Assembly (NCBI GenBank): GCA_963698595.1
Contig: CAVORL010000006.1
Span: 140,877 to 204,876 of the forward strand
DNA length: 64,000 nt
Direction of reading: 5' to 3'
Source: an uncultured Chloroflexia bacterium
GTDB taxonomy: Bacteria; Chloroflexota; Limnocylindria; Limnocylindrales; CSP1-4
Part shown: piece by piece, positions 18,964-28,525 of the stretch
Numbering within the stretch: position 1 is the stretch's first letter
How the letters are laid out: every line of letters begins with the position of its first letter
Translations under genes and position numbers: made by a program
Notes under the pieces: generated by a model
The model's input: the letters and a program-made list of their open reading frames with translations, nothing else
The model's database searches: none
Told to the model about the DNA's origin: nothing

Positions 18964-21900
18964 CTATCTCTCGACGCTGTGGATGTCACAGCGCAGGCAG
19001 CGGGATGTCTCCATCACCGCGACCCCGGGCGTGAGGCCGAGGGAGACCTCCGCATGCGAGAGCACCCGCTCGGCGGCGGGCATCTCGAGGGGGGTGTTGC
19101 GACCGCCCTCGGCCGGGGTCTCGGGCGGTTCCATGCCGTACGCGAACTCGGGGCCCAGGCCGGCGATGCGCCTTCGGCCCGTGAGCCGCCAGTCGATGGT
19201 GCCGGCGGCCTTCTTGCCGTAGCCCATCGCGTTCGAGACGTTGGAGGCGCCGGTGATCAGGTCGCCGCCCGCGTAGAAGCGCTCGCGGCTCGTCTCGAGC
19301 GAGTACCGGTCGACCTCGATCGTGCCGCTGCCGCCCTCGTGGACCTTCAGGCCGGATGCCTTCAGGAAGTCGGGGTCGACCTTCTCGCCGACCGCGAGGA
19401 TCACGGTGTCGCATTCGAAGCGGATCACCTCGTCCGTCAGCACCGGCCGGCGCCGGCCCGAGGTGTCGAACTCGCCGAGCTTCGTCCTGACCGCCTCGAG
19501 GGCACGAACCTGGCCGTTGGTGTCGCCGACGATGCGGTGCGGCGCTGCGAGATAGGCGATCTTGACGCCCTCGAGCTCGGCGGCCTGGATCTCCTCCGGG
19601 ATCGCCGGCATGTCCTTCCGCTCACGGCGATAGACGACCGTCGCCTCCGCGCCCAGCCGGCGCGCCGTGCGCGCAGAGTCGATCGCGGCGTTGCCGCCGC
19701 CGATCACGACGACCTTCTTGCCGATCGAGACCTGCTCGTCCCGCGCCGCGGACTCCAGGAACGGGAGCGCTGGGATCACGCCCGTGAGCTCCGTCCCGGG
19801 CATGTAGACCCAGGCCTCCTTCCAGGTGCCGATGGCGAGGAAGACGGCGTCGTACTGGTGCGCCACTTCGTTGAGCGTGATGTCCTCGCCGACGTTGACG
19901 TTGAACCGGAACACCACGCCGAGGCGCTCGATCAGCTCGATCTCCCGGTCCAGGACGGACTTCGGGAGCCGGTACTCGGGCAGCGCGTAGCGGAGCATGC
20001 CGCCGGCCGCGGGACGCGAGTCGTAGACCGTCACGCTGTGGCCGAGGAGCGCAAGGTAGAACGCGCAGGTGAGCCCCGTCGGCCCGGCGCCGACGATGGC
20101 GATCTCCCGCCCGGTCGGCTCCAGCCTGCGCTCGACCACCCGCTCCACCATGGCGTTGAAGCGACCCGAGAGCAGCACCTCGTCGGCGATCAGGCGGTGC
20201 ACATCGCGCATGTTCACCGCCTCGTCCACCGCGGCACGGCGACAGCGGTCGTCGCAGGGATGCTGGCAGACACGCCCCGTGGAGGCGGGGAGCGGGTTGT
20301 CGAAGACCACCGAGAGGAAGGCGTCCTCGAGCCGCCCTTCGTTGTACAGCTGCAGGAAGCGCGGGATGTTCATGTGCAGCGGACAGGAGTTCTCGCACGG
20401 CGAGAGCGCCAGGTCCTCGCACACGCCGGCCCGACAGCGCTTCGCCACGATGTGGTCCTCGAACTCGTGGCGGAAGTGGCGCAGGGTGGTGAGCACGGGG
20501 TTGGGCGCGCTCTGGCCGAGCCCGCAGAGCGAGGTGTCACGGACCATGCGGCACAGCTCGTCGAGCGCCTCCAGGTCCGCGTGGGTGGCCGTGCCCAGCG
20601 TGCAGTTGTCGAGGATGCGCAGCGCCTGGTCGAGGCCGACGCGGCAGGGCACGCACTTCCCGCAGCTCTCCGACTGCGTGAACTCGATGAAGAAGCGGGC
20701 GACGTCAACCATGCAGTTGTCTTCGTCCATGACGACCATGCCGCCCGAGCCCATGATCGAGCCGAGCTGCGCGAGCGTCTCGTAGTCGACCGGCGTGTCG
20801 AACATGTCCACCGGAATGCAGCCGCCCGATGGACCTCCCGTCTGCACGGCCTTGATGTCGCGCCCGTGCGTGCCGCCCCCACCTACGTCGTAGATGAACG
20901 TTGCGAGCGGCGTGCCCAGCGGCATCTCGACCAGCCCCGTGCTCTTCACCTTGCCGACCAGCGAGAAGACCTTGGTGCCGGGGCTCTTGGCACTGCCGGT
21001 CTCGGTGAACCAGGCCGGCCCCTTCGAGACGATCGGCGCGACGTTGTACCAGGTCTCCACGTTGTTGATGTTGGTCGGCTTCCCGTACAGGCCCTTCTGG
21101 GCCGGGAAGGGCGGGCGCGTCCGGGATCTTCCGGCATGACCTTCCAGGGAGGCGATGAGCGCCGTCTCCTCGCCGCACACGAAGGCGCCAGCGCCCTCGA
21201 CCGTCTCGATGTCGAAGGCGAACCCGCGTCCGAGCACGTTCTCGCCGAGGAGCCCGTAGGCTCGCGCCTGCGCGATCGCGCGCTCGAGACGCAGCACGGC
21301 GAGCGGGTACTCGGCGCGCACGTAGATGATCCCCTTGCCGGCACCCGTGGCGTAGCCGGCGATCAGCATCCCCTCGAGGAGGGCGTGGGGATCGGATTCG
21401 ATCTCGTTCCGATTCATGTAGGCGCCCGGGTCACCCTCGTCCGCGTTGCAGATGAGGTACTTCTCCGGGTCGAGCGCCTTCTGCAGGAACTCCCACTTGT
21501 TGCCGGTGAGATACCCGGCGCCGCCGCGACCACGGAGCTTCGCGGCCTTGATCTGCTCGATCACGGCGACCGGGTTCTGGTCGATCAGGACCTTGTACAG
21601 GGCCTGGTAGCCGCCGACCGCGACGTACTCCTCGATGTCGTCGGGATTGATCAGCCCGCAGTTGCGGAGGACGGTCTTGACCTGCCCGCTGAAGAACGGC
21701 AGCTCGTGCCAGTGCGGCACCTCGGGGTACCCGTAGCCGTACTTCACGTGGCCGGTGATGTGATCCCACTCCTCGATCTTGCAAAGCACGAGCTCGGGAG
21801 GCGGCGGCTGGCCTTCGCCGAGGCCGTTCAGGATCTCGTCAACGTGGTTCGGCCGGACCTGGCGGAGGATGAGCAGCGGGTGGCCGGGCACCCACACGTT

Positions 21901-22125
21901 GACGAGCGGTTCCTCGGCGCAGTAGCCAAAGCATCCGACCGGCGCCAGGTGCACGGCGAGGCCTCGACCGTCGATCTCCGAGGAAAACGCGTGGAAGACG
22001 GATTCGGCGCCGTTGCCGGAGCCGCAGGTGCCCATGCCGACGGCGATCCGGGGCTTGCTCGGCAGCAGCTTCGCGAGGCCGTCCTCCCGCACGGCAGCGA
22101 AGGCGGCGATGTCGCCGATCATCAT
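18964..22125 (-). CDS. hoxF: HoxF/NuoF-like NAD(H)-FMN subunit fused to a C-terminal GltD/NfnB-like FAD-NADP(H) module
   Basis: LRGRGGAG, NADEGDPGAYM, GEETAL, ESCGKCVPCR; then PCENSCP, GRVCQHPCDDRCRR, GAGPTG, GGGNAAID, YRR and RCLRC. The start ATG overlaps the hoxE stop. Confidence 0.9.
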   Translation of the reverse strand: MMIGDIAAFAAVREDGLAKLLPSKPRIAVGMGTCGSGNGAESVFHAFSSEIDGRGLAVHLAPVGCFGYCAEEPLVNVWVPGHPLLILRQVRPNHVDEILNGLGEGQPPPPELVLCKIEEWDHITGHVKYGYGYPEVPHWHELPFFSGQVKTVLRNCGLINPDDIEEYVAVGGYQALYKVLIDQNPVAVIEQIKAAKLRGRGGAGYLTGNKWEFLQKALDPEKYLICNADEGDPGAYMNRNEIESDPHALLEGMLIAGYATGAGKGIIYVRAEYPLAVLRLERAIAQARAYGLLGENVLGRGFAFDIETVEGAGAFVCGEETALIASLEGHAGRSRTRPPFPAQKGLYGKPTNINNVETWYNVAPIVSKGPAWFTETGSAKSPGTKVFSLVGKVKSTGLVEMPLGTPLATFIYDVGGGGTHGRDIKAVQTGGPSGGCIPVDMFDTPVDYETLAQLGSIMGSGGMVVMDEDNCMVDVARFFIEFTQSESCGKCVPCRVGLDQALRILDNCTLGTATHADLEALDELCRMVRDTSLCGLGQSAPNPVLTTLRHFRHEFEDHIVAKRCRAGVCEDLALSPCENSCPLHMNIPRFLQLYNEGRLEDAFLSVVFDNPLPASTGRVCQHPCDDRCRRAAVDEAVNMRDVHRLIADEVLLSGRFNAMVERVVERRLEPTGREIAIVGAGPTGLTCAFYLALLGHSVTVYDSRPAAGGMLRYALPEYRLPKSVLDREIELIERLGVVFRFNVNVGEDITLNEVAHQYDAVFLAIGTWKEAWVYMPGTELTGVIPALPFLESAARDEQVSIGKKVVVIGGGNAAIDSARTARRLGAEATVVYRRERKDMPAIPEEIQAAELEGVKIAYLAAPHRIVGDTNGQVRALEAVRTKLGEFDTSGRRRPVLTDEVIRFECDTVILAVGEKVDPDFLKASGLKVHEGGSGTIEVDRYSLETSRERFYAGGDLITGASNVSNAMGYGKKAAGTIDWRLTGRRRIAGLGPEFAYGMEPPETPAEGGRNTPLEMPAAERVLSHAEVSLGLTPGVAVMETSRCLRCDIHSVER

Positions 22126-22655
22126 CGCGCGGCGTCCTTGCGCAGCATCTCGACCTCGCGGATCAGGGCCTGCTCCTTGACGTGGCCCCGGATCGCGTGG
22201 TTCACCTCGACGACGGGGGCGAGAGCGCACTGGCCGAAGCAGGCGACGGTGCGGATCGTGAACCGCCGGTCCCGCGTCGTCAGCTTCAGCTTGTCGGCCC
22301 CCTCGCCGATCTCCTGCAGGCCGAGCTGGAGCTTCACGCGCTCGAGCAAAGCCCGGGATCCACGGGTGTGGCAGGCGGTGCCGCGGCAGATCGCCACGGT
22401 GTGCGTCCCCTGAGGGTCGAGGTTGAACAGCGCGTAGAACGTCGCGACGCTGTAGATCTGCGACTGGGGCACGCCGGTCCGCGCGGCCACGTACTCCAAC
22501 GTCTCCATCGGCAGGTACGTGTGGCGGTTGTGCTCCTGCAGCTTCTCGAGGATGACGAGCAACGCGCCGGGGCGTCCGGCCTGGTCGCCGATGACGCGGT
22601 CGATCAGGTCCCGGTCTTCGTCGCGGGGCAGCGCCGTCACCACGCCGGTGGTCAT
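22122..22655 (-). CDS. hoxE: HoxE/NuoE-like 2Fe-2S subunit
   Basis: VATFY, CRGTACH, ACFGQCALAP; GGAGG RBS. Confidence 0.92.
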   Translation of the reverse strand: MTTGVVTALPRDEDRDLIDRVIGDQAGRPGALLVILEKLQEHNRHTYLPMETLEYVAARTGVPQSQIYSVATFYALFNLDPQGTHTVAICRGTACHTRGSRALLERVKLQLGLQEIGEGADKLKLTTRDRRFTIRTVACFGQCALAPVVEVNHAIRGHVKEQALIREVEMLRKDAAR

Positions 22656-22758
22656 CGAACCCTCCAAACGGAGGCCGCGTCCCGGAGGCCGGCCATGCGA
22701 CCAACCCGCAGAACACGGCGAGCGGCCGCATCCTAGCGGGAGGGCGGCCGGTCCAGAC

Positions 22759-22774
22759 AGGGCCATTCGGTAAC
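22759..22774 (-). promoter_or_regulatory. Putative DosR-like box at the hox promoter
   Basis: GTTACCGAATGGCCCT lies 23 nt upstream of TAGGAT (22735-22730) and shares 12 identical bp with the box at 57097. Confidence 0.6.
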
Positions 22775-22868
22775 GTCGCGAGGCCACTCGGCATGGGGTG
22801 CACGGGCCGGAGAGCGGGCCACCCGGAAGCCGCCGACCCGCAGCCGGGATCCGGCCGCTTCGTCCGGG

Positions 22869-23498
22869 TCAGGTCATCCCGACGGCGATCTTCGCCACCT
22901 CGACCGCCGAGGCGGCATCCGGCGCGAAGCCGTCGGCGCCGATCGTTGCGGCGTACTCGGCTGTGACGGGGGCACCGCCGACGATGACCTTGACGTCCGG
23001 GAGGCTCGCCCGCACGGCGGCCACCACGTCCCGCATGCCGACCATCGTCGTGGTGAGCAGCGCGGAGACCCCCACGAGCGAGGCGCCGTGCTCCTTCGCC
23101 GCGGCGACGAAGGCCTCGGCGGACACGTTCGTGCCGAGGTCGACGACCTCGATGTTGGCGCCCTTCCACATCATCCCCACCAGGTTCTTGCCGATGTCGT
23201 GGAGGTCGCCCTTGATCGTCCCGATCACGGCGGTGTGCTCGGGGTGGATGTCGGCCGCGACGAGGACGGGCTCCAGGACCGCTGTCGCCTCCCGCATCGC
23301 CCGCGCGCTGATGAGCATCTCGGGGACGTAGATCTCGTTGCACTGGAACTTGCGGCCGATGACCTCCATCGCGGCGGTCATCGCGTCGAGAACCGCCCGT
23401 GGGTCCAGCCCCTCGGCCACGGCCTCGGTCGTGATCGCCACTGCTGTGGCCCGGTCGCCCGCCTCGACCGCGGCGGTCAGGGCCTCGAGATCTGCCAC
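22869..23498 (-). CDS. Corrinoid (B12-binding) methyltransferase protein, MtbC/MttC-like
   Basis: Cap domain (EIYVPEMLISARAM), DLHDIGKNLV DxHxxG motif, SALLTTT, GGAPVT; AGGAG RBS. Confidence 0.93.
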   Translation of the reverse strand: MADLEALTAAVEAGDRATAVAITTEAVAEGLDPRAVLDAMTAAMEVIGRKFQCNEIYVPEMLISARAMREATAVLEPVLVAADIHPEHTAVIGTIKGDLHDIGKNLVGMMWKGANIEVVDLGTNVSAEAFVAAAKEHGASLVGVSALLTTTMVGMRDVVAAVRASLPDVKVIVGGAPVTAEYAATIGADGFAPDAASAVEVAKIAVGMT

Positions 23499-23553
23499 CC
23501 TGCTGCTCCTTCTGCGTTGGGAGGAGGGTCGCGCCTGCGTCGCGTGGCGCGGG

Positions 23554-24582
23554 TCAGGCGAGCTCACCGGCGCGGTAGGCCGCGAGGAACGCCACCCCGA
23601 ACGGGTCCCGCCCGGTAAGAAGATCGGCGGCGAGGGCGTAGGCGCGCGTCGTTCGGTCTGCGGCGAAGATGTGCGAGACGTCGGACGCCACTGGGTCGAT
23701 GATCCCCGAGTCGGCCCCGGCCTCTGCGGCGAGGTCGATGAAGACGTCGTTGAGCAGCTTCCGAAGCGGCAGCCCGAAGCTCACGTTCGAGAGGCCGCCC
23801 GTGAGGTGGACGTCGGGCCCCAGCGTCGCCCGCAGGGTCCGCACGGCCTCCAGGAACCAGGCCCCGACCTCCGGCTCCACGGCGACCGGCAGAACGAGGG
23901 GGTCGACGAACATCGCCCCGGGGGCGAGCCCGCGCTGGGTCGCTTCCTCGACGATCCGTTCTGCATTTGCGACGCGCTCGGCCGCCGAGGCGGGCATCCC
24001 GTGCTCGCCGATTGCCCCGAGGACGGCCGGGCAACCCTCGCCGGCGGCGAGGTCGAGGACGTCGAGCCGCTCGAGGGAGGCCGAGTTCAGGAGCGGCGCC
24101 CCAACGGTGCGGGCCGCCGCGGAGAGGCCCGCCCGCATCACCTCCGGTGACGACGAGTCCAGGGCGAGCCCGGCGGGCGTCGCGTCCTCGACGGCAGCCA
24201 CGAGCCAGCGCATGGCCGCGACGCGCACGTGGAGGTCGTTGCTCGCCTCGTCGACGTTCAGGTCCAGGTAGTCGGCGCCGGCGTCGGCCTGGCGTCGGGC
24301 GAGGAACCGGACGTAGCCCCGGCCGAGCTCCGCGCCCGGCCCGCCCGCGAGGCCTGCGAGGACGGCGGCCTTGACGTGCTTGACCTTCTGCTTCGCCCCG
24401 GCGCCGTCGAGGGCCGTGTCCGGGACCGGCAGGAGGAGCTCGGCGCCCGCGTCGTCGGTGAACGGCAGCGCCGGCCGGCCGTCGGGGAGCTCCGTGACCC
24501 GGGCCCCGCTGCGCAGGAGGACGCGGGTGGCGTGGACGTTCTCGCCGATGACGGTGAACGGGCCCCGGACGGTGTCGGTCAT
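23554..24582 (-). CDS. Pterin-binding methyl-THF:corrinoid methyltransferase (AcsE/MT2-like)
   Basis: IGENVH, YLDLNVD, LDSS, LLNS, VDPLVLPV, GGLSNVSFGLP. Confidence 0.85.
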   Translation of the reverse strand: MTDTVRGPFTVIGENVHATRVLLRSGARVTELPDGRPALPFTDDAGAELLLPVPDTALDGAGAKQKVKHVKAAVLAGLAGGPGAELGRGYVRFLARRQADAGADYLDLNVDEASNDLHVRVAAMRWLVAAVEDATPAGLALDSSSPEVMRAGLSAAARTVGAPLLNSASLERLDVLDLAAGEGCPAVLGAIGEHGMPASAAERVANAERIVEEATQRGLAPGAMFVDPLVLPVAVEPEVGAWFLEAVRTLRATLGPDVHLTGGLSNVSFGLPLRKLLNDVFIDLAAEAGADSGIIDPVASDVSHIFAADRTTRAYALAADLLTGRDPFGVAFLAAYRAGELA

Positions 24583-26192
24583 GCGCGGGTCTCCTTCGTG
24601 GGCGTCGTGCCGGCGGGCTCGCCGGTGCCCGGGGACGCCGCCGAAGCGGCGGCACGGCCACGGTGGTCGCGGCCCAGGTACGTGTTGGCCCAGGCGCTCG
24701 TGCGCCGCAGAGCATGGTCGACGAGGACGGGTGGCCGCTCGAGCATCGCGAGCTCCTCGCCGTACGGCTTGAGCCGGTCGTACGCGCGCACCCAGACGCA
24801 GGGTTCCGGGACGACCTCGCACGTCCCGTCGTGGCTGCCGCCGCACGGACCGTTGCGCTCGCCCTTCGGGCACTGGCTCTCCGGGCACAGGTAGGCGACG
24901 TCGGGCAGCGAGCAGTCGCCGCAGTCGCGGCAGTCGAAGAGCGGGATCTTGACCGCCTGCTCCAGCGCGTGCACCGGCCGCGACAGGCCGTACCGCTCGA
25001 CGGCCTCGTAGAAGCGGGTCGCGGCGCGGTAGCCCGGCGTGCCCGGCGTGAAGGCCCGGTCGTGGGTCACGCGGTTGAGGCGGTACGCGATCGACCCCCG
25101 GCGCCGGGCCCTGGCCCGCGCGGCCGGGGTGATGGAGCGGGCGTAGCGCAGGTCGAGCTCGTCGGTCCCGAGGCCGGTTGCGGCATCCCGCCGGTAGAGG
25201 AAGAAGGTGCCCCTCGGGCTGTGCTGGACCTCCCTCGCGAGCGCCGGCCAGTCCGGCGCGAACGACGCGGCCATCTCCAGAATCCGCTCCACGTCCGCCG
25301 CGGGCAGGCTGTGCCCGGCGAGGTAGGCGCCCCGGAAGCCCATCCCGCGCGCGATCGCGACCTGCTTCGCGGCGAGCTCGAGGAAGAACGTCTTGCCCTT
25401 GTCGGCCCCACCCGCCGCCTTCTCGATCGTCGCCAGCAGCTCGTCGGAGACGACGCAGCCGGGAATCTCGTTGGCGTTGAAGAGCCGGGCAACCGTCCGG
25501 GTCAGGACGTAGACGTTGGCCAGCACCGGGAGGCGCAGGTCGTGGAGGCGCATCCAGCGCAGGAGCTCGTCCCACTTGCGCGCGTCGTAGCCCAGCTGGG
25601 GGATCACGAAGTCGGCCCCGGCGCGGACCTTCATGGCCAGCTTGAGGTACTGCGGGATCACCTCGCTCTCGAGCCGCTTGAAGGGCGAGACGGCGGTCGC
25701 GAGGTAGAAGCCCGGGGCGCGCTCCGCGCCGTCGCGTCCGGGCTCGCTCGCGAGGTCACGGTAGAGGCTCAGCAGGCCCACCGAGTCCACGTCGAAGACC
25801 GGGCCGGAGAGGCCTCCCGCCCCCTCTACCGGGTAGTCGCCCGACACCACGAGGACGTTGCGGATCCCGCGCGCCTCGAGCTCCCAGCCGAGTGAGCGAA
25901 GAGCGTTGCGGCTGCGGTCGCGGCACGCGATGTGGACGATGACGTCCTGGCCCGCAGCAAGGAGCTCCTCGGCGAGGGGCACCGGGCTCGCCATCGCGTG
26001 GCCGCCGGCATTGTCGGTGATCGAGACGGCGGCGATCCGGGGGTCGCCGACCAGTGCCCGGGCCGCCTCCAGGCTGCGCCGTGCCGGCGGGTCGAGGGCC
26101 AGCCCGCGGGCCGGGACGATCTCGATGACGGTCACGAACTCGTCGGTCTCGACGAGACGAGCGCGGAGCGGGGCCTTGGCTGCAGAGCTCAT
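24579..26192 (-). CDS. metF: Methylene-THF reductase, MetF fused to a C-terminal MetV-like Cys-rich domain
   Basis: ITDNAGG, HIACRDR, SGDYP, QLGYD; C-terminal CRDCGDC...CP..CPK..RNGPCGG...C...C. Confidence 0.88.
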   Translation of the reverse strand: MSSAAKAPLRARLVETDEFVTVIEIVPARGLALDPPARRSLEAARALVGDPRIAAVSITDNAGGHAMASPVPLAEELLAAGQDVIVHIACRDRSRNALRSLGWELEARGIRNVLVVSGDYPVEGAGGLSGPVFDVDSVGLLSLYRDLASEPGRDGAERAPGFYLATAVSPFKRLESEVIPQYLKLAMKVRAGADFVIPQLGYDARKWDELLRWMRLHDLRLPVLANVYVLTRTVARLFNANEIPGCVVSDELLATIEKAAGGADKGKTFFLELAAKQVAIARGMGFRGAYLAGHSLPAADVERILEMAASFAPDWPALAREVQHSPRGTFFLYRRDAATGLGTDELDLRYARSITPAARARARRRGSIAYRLNRVTHDRAFTPGTPGYRAATRFYEAVERYGLSRPVHALEQAVKIPLFDCRDCGDCSLPDVAYLCPESQCPKGERNGPCGGSHDGTCEVVPEPCVWVRAYDRLKPYGEELAMLERPPVLVDHALRRTSAWANTYLGRDHRGRAAASAASPGTGEPAGTTPTKETRA

Positions 26193-27847
26193 GCGGGCGG
26201 TGCCTCCACGGTGGACGGCAGGGGCTCGAAGCGCAGGCCGTCGACGAACAGGTCGAAGAAGTCGGGCTCGGCTTCCAGCTCCACGTGCTCGATCGTCCCG
26301 ACGAACGCCTCCAGGCGGGCCCGCGCGTGACGGGAGAGCAGCAGCTCCGCCGCCCCGCGCACCGAGGCGTTGCCGTGCTGGACCACGCGCTCCGTGGGCA
26401 CCGGCGGCAGGAACCCGATCCGCTGGGCGTTGGCCACGTCCAGGTGCGAGGCGAAGCCGCCGGCGAGGTGGAGGGCGGTGAGGTCGCCCGGGCCCAGGCC
26501 GAGGGCTCGCAGCAGGACGCGCATGCCGACCGCGTTGGCCGCCTTGGCCTGGGCCAGCTGGGCCGCGTCACCACGCGAGAAGCTGATCCCGTGGTCCGGG
26601 TCGATCGTGACCGCCTGCGTCCCGCCCGCGAAGGCTCCCGTCGGGCTCATGGCGCCGGTCCGGCGGAGCTCGGCGAGGACGTCGACGAGGCCCGAGCCGC
26701 AGATCCCCTCCGGCTCCACGTCGCCGATGACCCGGACCTCCCAGGCGTCGCCATGAAGGCGGGCCGCCTCGATGGCTCCCTCGGAGCCCGGCATCCCGTA
26801 GCGCACGAGGCCGCCCTCGAACGCCGGCCCGGCCGGGCACGAGGCGGCGAGCACGCGGCGCCCGTCCGTGACGACGACCTCGGTGTTCGTTCCCACGTCC
26901 ACCAGCATGGCAGGTCCGGATGAGGTGGCGACCGCGGCCGCCTCGAGCATTCCCGCCGGCAGCAGGTCGGCGGCCGCGTCGGCGCCGACGTGGCACGCCA
27001 CGAGGGGGGCGCCCCAGACCCGGGCGTGCGGGTTGACCAGGACTCCGAGCTCGTGGGCCAGGCGGGTGACGCTGCTGGCCGGCGCCTCGCCGGCTCGCCA
27101 GGCCGTCTCGGTCACGCTCCTGAAGGGTGAGCGGCCGATGGGCGCCACGTCGAGGTCGAAGAAGAGGTCGCGCATCGTCGCGTTGCCGACGACGACGACC
27201 TCCAGCACATCGTGGCGGTCCAGGCCGTGCTCGGCGTAGATGCGCGACAGCTCGTGGTTCAGCGCCCGCCGCAGCGACCGCCGGAGCTCGCCGGGCCGCT
27301 CCGCCTCGTACGAGATGCGCCCGATCACGTCGCTCCCTCCGAACCGCTGGGGGTTCTCGAAAGCGCCCACCGCGACGGGCTCGCCGGTCCCCAGGTCGAG
27401 CACCTGGAGCACGACGGTCGTGGTGCCGACGTCGAGCGCCACGCCCAGGAGCCGCTCGCGGGCTGCGACGAGGTCCTCCTCGTACCAGCGGACGCGGCCG
27501 CCGGCGACCGTGATCGCGGGGTCAACGTCGAGCGGGGGCCCGTCCGGCGGCATGAGGATCTTCAGGTGTCGCCGGAGGACCACGAACTCCAGGTCGGAGT
27601 CGGCCGGCTCGCGCTCCACCACCGCCCGGCAGGCGAGACGGTAGCCCGGCCGGAGGAACGTCTCCTGGGCGTCCGGGGGCGCCAGGGCGTCGCCTCCGCG
27701 GAGGATCTCGACGACGCACTCGTGACAGCGCCCCGAGCGGCGACAGCTGGCGGGGACGACCATCGCCAGCTCGTCGGCAGCGTCGAACAGCGTCCCGCCC
27801 GGCAGGAGCGGGGCGCGACGCCCAGCGTGGACGAGGTCGCGGGTCAC
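26189..27847 (-). CDS. ATP-dependent corrinoid reductive activator (RACo/RamA, ASKHA + 2Fe-2S)
   Basis: SCRRSGRCHEC...RLAC; DVGTTT, DVGTNTE, AGPAFEG, GICGSG, LAGGF; TATCCT 6 nt upstream of the GTG. Confidence 0.9.
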   Translation of the reverse strand: MTRDLVHAGRRAPLLPGGTLFDAADELAMVVPASCRRSGRCHECVVEILRGGDALAPPDAQETFLRPGYRLACRAVVEREPADSDLEFVVLRRHLKILMPPDGPPLDVDPAITVAGGRVRWYEEDLVAARERLLGVALDVGTTTVVLQVLDLGTGEPVAVGAFENPQRFGGSDVIGRISYEAERPGELRRSLRRALNHELSRIYAEHGLDRHDVLEVVVVGNATMRDLFFDLDVAPIGRSPFRSVTETAWRAGEAPASSVTRLAHELGVLVNPHARVWGAPLVACHVGADAAADLLPAGMLEAAAVATSSGPAMLVDVGTNTEVVVTDGRRVLAASCPAGPAFEGGLVRYGMPGSEGAIEAARLHGDAWEVRVIGDVEPEGICGSGLVDVLAELRRTGAMSPTGAFAGGTQAVTIDPDHGISFSRGDAAQLAQAKAANAVGMRVLLRALGLGPGDLTALHLAGGFASHLDVANAQRIGFLPPVPTERVVQHGNASVRGAAELLLSRHARARLEAFVGTIEHVELEAEPDFFDLFVDGLRFEPLPSTVEAPPA

Positions 27848-27968
27848 GTGTGCAGGATAGGTCCCCGCGAATCACTCGTCCCGGGGCACCCCGACGTGGA
27901 CCGTGCCCGACGGCCTTGCCCGCCAGCGCACAGGGCTGGCTGGCCGTTCACAAGGGAGGCCGCGGGGC

Positions 27969-27997
27969 TTGACACGATGTGCGCCAAGACGCAGACT
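27969..27997 (+). promoter_or_regulatory. Sigma70-type promoter of the ArsR gene
   Basis: TTGACA-17 nt-CAGACT, 7 nt before GTG 28005. Confidence 0.6.
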
Positions 27998-28004
27998 ACC
28001 GTGC

Positions 28005-28424
28005 GTGAACGCTTACCAACAATCGACGAACCCGCTGGCCGCGCTCGGCGACGCGACCCGTCGCGCGATCGTCGAGGCCCTGCGGGAGGGCGAGCGCACC
28101 GTCGGCGAGCTGGCCGCCGGCCTGCCGGTCAGCCGGCCCGCGGTGTCGCAACACCTGGCCGTGCTCAAGGCCGCCGGGCTGGTCGTCGAGCGGACCCAGG
28201 GCACGCGCCACTACTACCGGCTCGACCCGATCGGGCTCGTGCACCTTCACGATCGCATCGATGCGATGTGGGGGCTCGAGGCCGGTGAGGTGCCGACACC
28301 GGCCTCCACGCTACCGGTCGCGGCCTCGTCCCCGGCGGCCGCGGAGGAACCCGCGCGGGATGAAGGCGGCAAGGGCGGACGCAAGAAGCGCAAGAAGAAG
28401 GGCGGGCACAAGGGCCGCTCCTGA
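28005..28424 (+). CDS. ArsR/SmtB-family transcriptional regulator
   Basis: ALGDATRRAIV, TVGELA, SRPAVSQHLAVL, GTRHYYRL; Lys-rich tail. Confidence 0.9.
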   Translation: MNAYQQSTNPLAALGDATRRAIVEALREGERTVGELAAGLPVSRPAVSQHLAVLKAAGLVVERTQGTRHYYRLDPIGLVHLHDRIDAMWGLEAGEVPTPASTLPVAASSPAAAEEPARDEGGKGGRKKRKKKGGHKGRS

Positions 28425-28525
28425 CCGACCGATCTTCGGCACCGGGCCCCTTCATCCCCGGCGTCATCGCCACGGCCAAGCGTGGCAGCCCCGCGACCGC
28501 CAGCGGCGGGCGGGCGGCCGCGATG

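Noticed and set aside
22126-23343. Apparent 1459-aa ORF extending hoxF upstream
   Set aside because: The extension overlaps hoxE and the corrinoid gene in other frames and is Arg/Gly-rich nonsense; the real start is 22125.
22869-27847. Complete Wood-Ljungdahl pathway
   Set aside because: There is no acsB, acsCD, CODH, fhs or folD in the window, and the corrinoid protein is MtbC-type rather than CoFeSP.
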